From Dipteris shenzhenensis (taxonomy: Eukaryota): a stretch of DNA of 64,000 nt. The position numbers and the translations under genes are program-made. Below the pieces are notes generated by a model. It worked only from the letters and a program-made list of their open reading frames with translations, was not told where the DNA came from and did not search any database. The stretch is taken from assembly GCA_047967505.1 (NCBI GenBank), contig CM106538.1, one strand, 5' to 3'. Within the stretch, counting starts at the first letter, position 1. Each line of letters begins with the position of its first letter. Of this stretch, positions 1 to 9,946 are shown piece after piece.

Positions 1-1151
1 TGCCACAGAAATTGCATCGTATGCCTGTAACGCAGAGATATTGGGAGTTGCAGAATCATCCTTATTGCCTATTGATGCAAAATCGTCACTAGGAAGTGAC
101 TGTGTGGTCAAAAAACCACTTTTGTCAGGTTTGCAGATCTGCCCTTGTGAGGCAGAAGCTGTGTCTTTTGCAGTGATAGAATATTTTATAGTGTTCTATA
201 ATGGCGTCTAATTCTCTTTCACAGATTGTCACTGAAAAGCTTGACAAGAACAACTTCCAAGCATGGAAGTTTAGAATGACGAATTTCCTTATGGGAAAAG
301 GCTACTGGGAGTTCATTACAGGAAATGAAGAAGAACCAGTTGTTCCTAATGTTCCCAATCAACAGGAAATGCAGGCATTTAAAGGATGGCATGAGAGAGC
401 CAGAAAATTTATGTACTGGTTGTCTATCAGTATTTCAGATTCAATGATTGTGCATATTCAGGATGCAAGTACGCCAAAGGTGGCATGGGATACTTTGGCT
501 AAAATGTACAGCACAAATACGCAGGCCAGGAAAATACAGCTCAAGCAGGAGCTCAAGCAGGAGCTGCACAATGTGTAGAGAGAAAATATGAGCATCAATG
601 ACTACCACATGAAGGTGAAGAAAATTGCGGATGCACTTGCTTCCATTGGGTCACCAGTGGATGATGATGATTTAGTTTCTGTGACCTTGAATGGTCTAGG
701 AAAGGATTATGCACAGTTCCGGACATCCATTGCCGTCCGTGAAAAATTTCTTGATTTTTAGGAGTTGATTGCTCTTCTAATTTCTGAAGAGCAGAGAAAT
801 GGTGGTGCATCTTCTTCAGGAGGAACTTCAAAAGAAACTGTCTTCTACTCAAATGCTGGAAGGGTTAGAGGCAGAGGTAGAGGAGACCGATCTGGAGGCC
901 GTGATAGAAATCAGAATATGCAGCAAACTCAAGAAAACCAGTCCTATGCAGGAGGACGTGGTAACTCTAGAGGTAGGGGGAGCCAAAGAGGTCGTGGTGG
1001 ATGGCAGAGAGGCCAAATGCAAACAGCAATGTTGGATGCTACTACTGTGGTAAAATGGGGCATATGGCTAAAGACTGCTACAAAAAGCAAAATGACATTA
1101 TGAATGGAAAATTGCAGCAAGGCAATTATGCATCCTCTAGTAGACAGGGTG

Positions 1152-1440
1152 TGTTGGGATATCTCAAGGTGTATGCCTCAGGCACACCTTATGTTTCTAT
1201 GTGTGAGTGCTAGAGGCACAGTTAGGTGCCCACAAGCACAGTTAGGTGGTGGAAAAGCCACATAGGATGATTGAGTGAATCTAGGAGCAGATTGAGGAGA
1301 TGATTGTGGAGCTTTGAGGTCATCAGTGATGTCAGTGACCTTGTATGAGGTGCCTACTTAAGGACCTCTTTCTTCTTCATTCTATAAGCAAGTATTCTGA
1401 ATTTGTGTCAACTCTACTCTTTCCTTTCAGCATTCCAACA
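1152..1440 (+). repeat. 5' LTR of nested element
   Basis: Identical by eye to 2897-3185. Confidence 0.97.
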
Positions 1441-2298
1441 TGGTATCAGAGCCATTTGATCCCCCTTGAGCCCATTTCTGCCACATCATCATCTTCTTCT
1501 TCATCTTCTTCTTCTCCATTTTCCTCTTTCTTCCCAAAATCTTTGAGAGCTTGGTTCTCCATCTACAAACGACCATTGCCCAAACCCTCTGAGCTGGAAA
1601 CTCCTCTAGTATGGGCGAACTTCCACCTGCAAGCAATTGAAGAAAAAACGTCTGTGGTGGCTGCCATTCTCCAAACAGCGAATTTCTTCTGTTGCTCAAT
1701 ACTCCCTGCCTGCTCTGCCATTGCCTGAGCCCTCTTAGGAGTAGATGGGCGACCTCAAGACGAAGATTTTGAGCCATTTTTCAAGTCATTTGGTTCAGTA
1801 ACGAGGGAGAAATCGTCAAAACTCAGTTTCAGCCTGTAGCAACTCTCCCGGGCAAAAGTGCGCACCATTTCGTCCAACCTCTGTGCTGGACCTTCTCTGG
1901 TATATGAGCTTTCTTTTGCTTCAGAAAGCCCTCTTTTCTTTGCTTTGAAGAGTGAGCTACAAGCCCTCCAAGTTCAGCTTTTCATTTTTGACAGTTTTGG
2001 ACAAGTTTTGAAGATGATGCTACATAAAATGCTACTCTAGCATTTCTGGTCTTTTGAAGTTTTCAATAACTTCACTACAAGTGTTGCTTCAGTTTTGTTT
2101 TGACTTGCTAGACCTGGTTGTGATTGGAAAGTGTTTATTTCATTCACTTCTATGAAGCATGCAAAAAGTAGCATCATTGTTTGAAAACTAGTCACTACTA
2201 TTTGCTACATTAAATGCTTATATTTTGAAGCATTTCAGTTGTTATTCTAAGCCCTGTAAGAGAGAAGACACTACCCAATACCTGGGTTAGAGCCTCTC

Positions 2299-2517
2299 AT
2301 GGCTTGCTTATGCAAAATATGTGAAAAGCCAAAACATAAAGCAATGTCTTGTTATGCTGCTACAAAGGATGAAAATGCCAACCTGACTTCCTTGTTGAAG
2401 ATTGCCAAAACAATGGTTGCCAAAAAGGAAGCAACTTCAAAGACAGAAAATGCAAATCTACTTACAGTGAATGAGCCTCCACAAGATGAGGCATCCCATG
2501 AAGATTATGCATTTTAA
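2299..2517 (+). CDS. 72-aa micro-ORF with a CX2CX4HX4C zinc knuckle (gag nucleocapsid remnant)
   Basis: MACLCKICEKPKHKAMSC has canonical CCHC spacing. Confidence 0.55.
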   Translation: MACLCKICEKPKHKAMSCYAATKDENANLTSLLKIAKTMVAKKEATSKTENANLLTVNEPPQDEASHEDYAF

Positions 2518-2896
2518 ACTCATCTCTATGTATGCTCCAGATCTCTTTTCTTTTTATGTCAAGGTACTCAGCCTGGATAGTCCTCCAAAATGAATGAAAA
2601 TAAACTATTGTGTTGTGTGTGTTTTGTAAACACCTCTGGTCACCTTATGATGTAGGCCATGTGTATGTTTTGTTCCATGGTACCTCTTGCAGACATTGTG
2701 TGCATGTACATGCAAGGGAGATAACCATTGGAAGGTCTGTTTGTATCCCTTTCTGTTTACCTTACACCCAAGGGAACCCTTGCTAGCATGAGAACCTAGC
2801 CATAGATTTATCCTTGACCACCATGAGATGGCATGAGAAACTATGAGACTAGATGTATCCTTGACATAGCCTGAGGCATTTCCTTGAGGGGGGGTT

Positions 2897-3185
2897 TGTT
2901 GGGATATCTCAAGGTGTATGCCTCAGGCACACCTTATGTTTCTATGTGTGAGTGCTAGAGGCACAGTTAGGTGCCCACAAGCACAGTTAGGTGGTGGAAA
3001 AGCCACATAGGATGATTGAGTGAATCTAGGAGCAGATTGAGGAGATGATTGTGGAGCTTTGAGGTCATCAGTGATGTCAGTGACCTTGTATGAGGTGCCT
3101 ACTTAAGGACCTCTTTCTTCTTCATTCTATAAGCAAGTATTCTGAATTTGTGTCAACTCTACTCTTTCCTTTCAGCATTCCAACA
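2897..3185 (+). repeat. 3' LTR of nested element
   Basis: Identical by eye to 1152-1440; preceded by PPT, followed by TSD. Confidence 0.97.
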
Positions 3186-6100
3186 GGGTGATGACAGAAA
3201 TGAGCATTTGTTTATGGTACAGCATATGACAAATTCTGTGACAAGTGCAGGAGAAAGCAATGATGTGTGGTATGTTGACTCAGGTGCATCAAACGACATG
3301 ACAGGTCATGCTGAATGGATGTAGGATGCAAGGAAAATGGAAAAACCAGGATTTGTGGAGACTGGTGATGATACTACACATCCTATTGTGCAGATTGGCA
3401 AAATTCCTTTGTCTATGCAGGATGGGAAAAAGAAATACTTGTCTGATGTATTTCATGTCCCGAACATCACCAAGAACCTAGTTTTTGTTGGTCAAATGGT
3501 TGAGCAGGGCTTGCAGGTCAGATTCAATCCTCATGGATGCTTTGTTGAGGATATGAAAAATAATGGTCACTTGATAGCAAAAGGAAAGAAGAAAGGCAGG
3601 ATGTTTACACTGGATGCGGACATGCCTGAATTGAGTGCATCAATGTTTGCACATGGGACCAGTGTAGTTGCAGATATTGATATCTGGCATAAACGCATTG
3701 GTCATGTTAATGTACAGCGACTTAAATCAATGCAGGCCCAAAATATTATTGCAGGATTGCCTAAATTCAAGGTTGCAGAAATGCATAAGGTGTGTGAAGC
3801 CTGTCAATTTGGAAAACAGGCAAGGAAACCATTTCCTAAGCATGTTCAAGAGAGTAAAAAGCCATTGGAATTAATCCACTCTGATGTGTGGACTACTAAA
3901 GCTGCATCTATTGGAGGCTGTCACTATTTTGTCACATTTATTGATGACTTCAACAGAAAACTTTGGGTGTATTTTATGAAAAAGAAAAGTGAAATGTTTG
4001 GGCACTTCAAAGCTTTTAAAGCTATGGTTGAAAAAGAAACAGGCCTGCAAATAAAATGCCTAAGGTCAGATGGAGGAGGAGAGTACCTCTCAAATGAGTT
4101 TGCAAGGTTCCTACAGGAGCATGGCATAAAGCAGCAATATTCATGCACTCATACCCCACAGCAAAATGGAATTGCAGAAAGGAAAAACAAGCATATTGGA
4201 GAGGTATCTCAGGCCATGCTAAATGAAAAAGATCTACCAGATTATTATTGGGCTAAAGCAGTTGCTACAGCAGTTTATATAATGAACAGGACTCCCACTG
4301 CAGCAATACATGGCATGACGCCAGAGGAGATGTATACTGGTAGGAAACCAGACATTTCTCATTTGAAAATTTTTGGTTGCATTGCCTATGTTCATGTGCC
4401 AGATGAGTTGAGGTCCAAGTTGGATCCATAGGCTAAGTGCGTCTTTATTGGTTATTCTCTGTAGCAGAAAGGGTATAGATGCTATAACCCTTCTACACAT
4501 AAGTTCACAGTGAGCAGAGATGTTGTTTTTGATGAGATGAGCAGCTGGTATAAATTAGTAAATGTGATGATTGATGTAGATGCACAAAATGGTAATGCTG
4601 CACAAAATTCACAGCAGCAATCACAAAATATCAGTGGACCTGTAGTGTCCTCTAGCAGTGGTTCACATACTTCACCTTGGACAGGTAGATTGAGATCAGG
4701 AGAATCTCCTCAAAGCAATGCAGATAGTGGTACGCAGGTATCACGAAAAGGAAAAGAGAAGGTAGATCAGCCCATGTTTGATGTGAATGCAGGTCACTCT
4801 TATGTGGATGGTGAATCCAGTGGCTCAGAGCAGAGCATTGATGATGAGTTGGGTATTCCTTTTGTTGTTACACCTGGAGTAAGGAAGACCAGGGATGTTT
4901 TGAGAGCACCTGGAAGTGAGCCTATTTTGCGCAGGTCTACCAGGGTTAAGTATCTTGTGGATAGGCTGAAATATGATGGATTTACAGCCATTCACTATGC
5001 CTATATGGTCAAAGTGATATAGGAACCAGAACCCACTTCTTTTGAGCAAGCCATGGGAAATGAAAAATGGGAGAAAGCCATGGATGAAGAAATGGATGCC
5101 TTGGATGCAAATGCTACATGGGAATTGGTGCCTTTGCCTAAAGACAAGAATGCAATTGGCTGTAAGTGGGTTTATAAGATCAAGCACAATGCAGATGGTT
5201 CTATGAATAGATACAAGGCAAGATTAGTTGTCAAGGGGTATGCATAGACATATGGCATTGATTATGAAGAAACTTTCAGCCCGGTTGCAAGGATGGCAAC
5301 CGTAAGAGCAGCCATTGCTATGGCTGCATCAAAGGGATGGTCTTTACATCAGATGGATGTAAAGAATGCCTTCTTGCATGGTGATTTGCAAGAAGAGGTC
5401 TTTATGGAGCAGCCAGCAGGTTATGTTCATGCTATTCATCTTGAGTTTGTTTGCAGGTTGAAGAAAGCCTTGTATGGCTTGAAGCAAGCACCTAGAGCAT
5501 GGTCTGACAAGATAGGACAGTATCTTGTCACTATTGGCTTTCAGATTTCCAAGGCAGATTTCTCAGTCTATGTGAGAAAAACAGAGAAAGGGATTATGCT
5601 ACTTGTCATTTATGTTGATGATTTGATCATCACAGGTGATAGTGATGAAGATATCCTTCATATGAAAATGCTATTGAGGCAGAAATTTGAGATGAAGAAT
5701 TTGGGAGAGCTACGTTATTTCTTGGGCATTGAGGTGATTAGATCACCAAGTGGGATACAGCTCTTACAGAGGCAGTATGGACTGGACATGCTATCCAAAT
5801 ATGGGATGACAGGCTGTAAGCCTATTTCAGTTCCTTTGGAGCAGAATGTGAAGCTGAGCACAGATGCAGGTGAGCTTCTGGAAGACCCTACTATGTACAG
5901 ATGCATAGTAGGAAGTTTGATTTACATGACTATTACCAGGCCAGATTTGAGCTATGCTGTTGGGTTGGTAAGTCAGTTTATGCAAGCTCCAAGGAAACCG
6001 CATTTGGATGCGGCTAGACGCATACTCAGGTATGTGAAGTCCACATTGCAGTATGGACTATTTTATGAGGCTAGGGTGTTCAGATACAGTTGCATGGATA

Positions 6101-6577
6101 CACTGATGCTGATTGGGCTGGTAGTATTTCTGATAGATGATCTACCAGTGGATATGTGTTCTCTTTTGGGAGTGCTGCAGTCACTTGGAGCAGCAAGAAA
6201 CAGCCTACAGTTGCCTTCTTGTCAAGCACAGAGGCTGAGTACAGGGGTGCAGCAATGGCTGCATGTGAGGTAGCTTGGTTGCATAAGCTACTCTATGATA
6301 TGCATCAGTCTACAGATGGGCCAGTTGTCATTTATTGTGAGAACATGAGCAGTATACACTTGGCAAATAACCCAATCTATCATGCTAGAACAAAGCACAT
6401 TGAGGTGCATTATCACTATGTGCAGGAGAAGGTTTTACTAGGTCTTATTGATCTAGTTTATGTCAGCACAAAGGATCAGGTAGCTGACATATTCACGAAG
6501 GCATTGGGCGCAAAGAAGCTGCGCAAGTTCAGAGACCTGCTTGGTGTGCAGGAATTGGGATTGAGCTCGAGGGGGAG

Positions 6578-6930
6578 TGTTGAGATATCGAGCTCCACTC
6601 GCGATGTGCCAGGGTGACCGTTGTGCATTTATGTCACCGACTTGTTAGCTACAGATGCGGTTGGTACACCGCCCACGAATAATAGCTGGATGACAGCTAT
6701 CCTTATCTACACTAGTTCGTGGCTCAGTTAGTATGCCACCTTAGTTAGTTGAGTTTGGTTTGAGACCCACATATAGGGTTCTTCTATTTCTTTGTACTAG
6801 AGTTCTTTCGGCTTTCACAACTAAGAAGAGGAAAACTGTTTTTCAGCCTCCACCTTTGTGTGTATTCCCCCATTGTGTATGTGAGAAAGCTGCAAGTGAG
6901 ACTCCTTCCCTCTCTCCCACTATCTTCACA
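6578..6930 (+). repeat. 3' LTR of the Copia element (~353 bp)
   Basis: Starts TGTTGAGATA right after the PPT and ends TATCTTCACA (imperfect terminal inverted repeat). The right end is inferred because the 5' LTR is not in the window. Confidence 0.7.
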
Positions 6931-7820
6931 TTCCTTCCACGATTTCATTTCCTATACTCCATTAATTGATAGAGAGGGGAGGAGCGAGAAGCTGCATTGA
7001 CCTTGGAAGTGCTCCAGCGACCTCTTGAATCCCATTCTACTTCTGAAATTCCATCCACCTCGGGCACCACCTTTGTTGAATCCACAACAATGTTATGGTT
7101 TCTTGCTCCCCTTCTTGTCAATGGAGAATAATACCTCTTTCTCCATGACATAGAGGTTATGTTTGGTCTTTGGGAGGATGAAGCTCTTGGTGTCCTGTGT
7201 GGATACGAGGTGGACACGACTATGCAAGAACCTAGGTTTTTGGGAGCAGATGATTCAATAGAAGAGGTTCTTGCTTTAACATTGGCCCAAATCAAAGATG
7301 TAGAGACATCAATCTACTCTGACCTACGTGATGTTCCAAAAGAAGCCTCCACATCTCACTCCAGATAGCAGAAGGCCTCTGGATCCATCCTCATTGACAA
7401 AGAGGAAGGAATTGAGCATGATGACTCTATAATGGTAAGAAACTATGAGCTTTGAATTTCTTCTCTCTTGGTATACTTTTGCTTTAATGGAATTCTAATG
7501 TAATGTTGGACTGTTGCAGGAGGCATTTGAGGTCGACCTATTCTCATCTTGGCAATGCCTTGTTCGCAGTAGCTTCGGCCGCTCACTGGCACATTACCTT
7601 GGCCAAGCAAAAGGGCATTTTGTGGTTATCCACAAAAAGTTTTCTCCACATGGCACTCATGATCTCCTAAAGTGCAAGGCCTTGTCATGAGTGATTGGTC
7701 ATGCTGACATCAATCGCAATGTTGACAAGGTCATTTTAGTGAACAACATGGCTGCCCTCTATGCCTTTGGAACCAATTTTCAAGGTATGGCATTGATGGC
7801 AACTGTGCCATGTCCCTGAC
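6931..7820 (+). pseudogene. Spliced gene remnant of unknown function, interrupted at its 5' end by the Copia insertion
   Basis: Protein-like frame ...MFGLWEDEALGVLCG...GIEHDDSIM; GT-AG intron 7435-7519; then EAFEVDLFSSWQCLVRSSFG...NNMAALYAFG; a few in-frame stops; AT-rich 3' region follows. Confidence 0.45.
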
Positions 7821-8154
7821 CAACAATGACAATAGCGTTGACTCTCTATCGATTAGGTTTAGATCTAGAGTGTATTTGGGAATTCAAAGCCCGATGTTCT
7901 CAGTGTTTTAGAGAATAGAGAAAGGCTCTGAAGCTTTATTGTATAGAAATTTTATTTTATATGAATACAGATATACTTTTTATACGGTGCCCCATTTTGT
8001 GTTCTTTTACGAAATTTATTTTATACTGTCATTGTGTTTTGTAACTTTAATTGTTGTTGGCATGAATATTTTTATTCACTATTCTATTCAAAAGCATGCT
8101 ATCAAATAAATATTTGCGCTATAATGGTCATTTCTGAGCAATCCAGTAAGAATC

Positions 8155-8371
8155 TCACCACGCGACAGAAGGCAAATGTGTTCAGCACCATGCAGGGAGC
8201 CCAAAAATGCTAAACCATGCTATGGCACATATGGGGCCTGTTTGACTTGGTCAAACAGACATTTCTAGGTTCCCCGTGCGATGCCAAGGCCCCATATGCA
8301 CCATAGCGGGTTTTAGCATTTCTGGGCTCTCCACGTGATGTCGAACACATTTGCCTTCTGCACCACGGTGA
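8155..8371. repeat. Long imperfect inverted repeat (hairpin) with ~85-bp arms
   Basis: 8155-8239 (TCACC...CAGAAGGCAAATGTGTTC...CATATGGGGCCT) pairs with 8287-8371 (AGGCCCCATATG...GAACACATTTGCCTTCTG...GGTGA). Confidence 0.9.
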
Positions 8372-8552
8372 AAAAACATCATTTGATCACTCAAATTCAC
8401 ACTTAACTTGCATAAACTGATGGAAAGCATCACGTAACATGTATAATAACATGGGAATAGTAATAGAACAAAAAATATCTTTTATTCATTGGCCTCAAAG
8501 GGCAGAGATTTACAAAATGATTTAGGTTACACCAAGTGAACCTAAACAACAT

Positions 8553-9593
8553 CTAGGGCCTAAGGGAGGGATCGGAGCGGATGTGCTTGGCGAGTGCAAG
8601 GTCCTTGTCCATCACTGTTACTCTGTTGGCATGGATAGCACATAAGTTTGCATCTTCAAAAAGACGTACTATCATCTGCTCTGTTGCCTCCTGAATTGCT
8701 CCCATAGTGCCTAAAGTGAAATGCACATCACTCTTATAATGCTGTGCTATTTCACGTACAACACGCTCGAAGGGTGCATAGGGAATGAGATTGTCCACAG
8801 TGGTTTGAAACTTGCGGATCTCCTGAAGTTCCTTCATGCTTGATTTTTTGTGCCTCTTAATCTTTGGGGGACCTTGCATTGGCCTCTGGACATGGCTCCA
8901 TGGCTGCTTGTCCGCTTTGAACTTCTTTCACCTCTCCTCCCTTGCAACCACCTCTTCAGACTTTTCTTCCTATGTCTGATGGGTCCTTTGAGGTGGCTTG
9001 TCGTGCCTAGGGGTCTGCTTTGTCCTTGGTCACTTTTCCTTTTCATGAGGTTGTGAGATAGCAGGCTGAGGCTCTTGCTCAGCTCGTACTCGAGGCTCCT
9101 CATATCTGATAATATCGAGGCACAGAGGGTTGATGGTGCTCTTCCATGCGGTCTGCTTGGTTGGCAGATTGGGGCCAAGGTTCATTATGTCTGCAAGCCC
9201 GCCAAATACTTCCTCTTGTTGTGGCCCCTGTAATCTCTCCATCTCCTCTCTTTGCCTTTCTTACTCCCTTTGTTGGTCTAGATGCTCCATGCTAGGACCC
9301 CACAGAGGAGGGAGGGGCAGTTGATCAGGATTGACTGGACTATTTTGCCCCTCTTGGGAGATCTCTCTACTTCCACGGATAGTTGTGTGGAAGGATTGAG
9401 AGGACCCCTAATTGTGCTTGAATCCTTCATCGTGATGGGATTCCTCATGGTGCTGAGATCCCTGGGATCCCCCATGAGAGTCCGATGGTGGGGACTCAGG
9501 TTGCTTTGACTCCTGATGATGAGAATCGCCTTCAGATCCCGGCTAATCATTGCCCTCTTGGCCACTGGGGCTTGTAGTGTGTTCGAAAGCCAT
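8553..9593 (-). pseudogene. Divergent histone H3 variant with long N-terminal extension containing repeated H3-tail motifs; single exon, 6 in-frame stops
   Basis: C-terminal H3 fold ELQEIRKFQ...[16 protein letters not shown]...AIQEATE...[25 protein letters not shown]. The same frame runs without frameshift to a GCCATGG start at 9593 (347 codons). Stops at 9543, 9408, 9261, 9030, 8970 and 8928 are all one C>T change from CAG/CAA/CGA. Confidence 0.9.
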
Positions 9594-9683
9594 GGCATCG
9601 TGAGGAGGAAAATGGGTAGCATCTAAACGGTGTCCAGTGGGTCTAGCAGTTTGTTTAACTCGTGTCATAGAAATGAGGGATTT

Positions 9684-9733
9684 TAGGGTTTTAAAGTGCT
9701 TTATATAGTCTTTTTTAAAGCACTTTAGGGTTT
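9684..9733 (-). promoter_or_regulatory. Putative promoter of the H3-like gene: TATA box flanked by telo-boxes
   Basis: Minus-strand CTATATAA at 9701-9708; AAACCCTA at 9684-9691 and 9726-9733; ~110 bp upstream of the ATG. Confidence 0.45.
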
Positions 9734-9946
9734 TTCTTTTAAATCAGGGTTTTTTGAGTGCACCCCCTCCCCCCAGTCTTTTGTTGCCAGTTCGGTAATA
9801 CTTAATCTTCACCACCCTCCCTCCCAACGCACTCACCCCTCCGCCCTGCCATGTCGCACATGCAATTCTGCAATTTTCAAAAAATTTTGTGAATTTTGGA
9901 ATCTATAATTGACTCAAAATAGTGTTAAGTTTATTCATCAAACATT

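Larger units (their letters stand above)
1152..3185 (+). mobile_element. Non-autonomous LTR retroelement (TRIM/LARD-like, 2,034 bp) nested in the Copia gag region
   Basis: Two 289-bp LTRs (1152-1440, 2897-3185; TGTTGG...CCAACA); tRNA-Met PBS TGGTATCAGAGCC at 1441-1453; PPT at 2886-2894; 5-bp TSD GGGTG at 1147-1151 and 3186-3190; no pol. Confidence 0.97.
201..6617 (+). pseudogene. Ty1/Copia gag-pol polyprotein, disrupted by stops, frameshifts and a nested insertion at 1152-3185
   Basis: Gag (KLDKNNFQAWKFRM), zinc knuckle CYYCGKMGHMAKDC, protease WYVDSGAS (~3268-3291), GAG-pre-integrase WHKRIGH, integrase LELIHSDVW...LRSDGGGEY...QQNGIAERKN, RT (CKWVYKIK, QMDVKNAFLHG, YVDDL), RNase H (SSTEAEY, HARTKHIEVHYH, QVADIFTK). 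Domain order is Copia-type. Confidence 0.96.
1..6930 (+). mobile_element. Ty1/Copia LTR retrotransposon (5' LTR lies upstream of the window)
   Basis: Gag-pol above; polypurine tract GAGGGGGAG at 6569-6577 directly followed by TGTTGAGATA. Confidence 0.92.

Noticed and set aside
9278-9622. 114-aa ORF as the N-terminus of the H3-like protein
   Set aside because: It is in a different frame from the H3 fold; the frame starting at 9593 has a strong Kozak context and is continuous with the fold.
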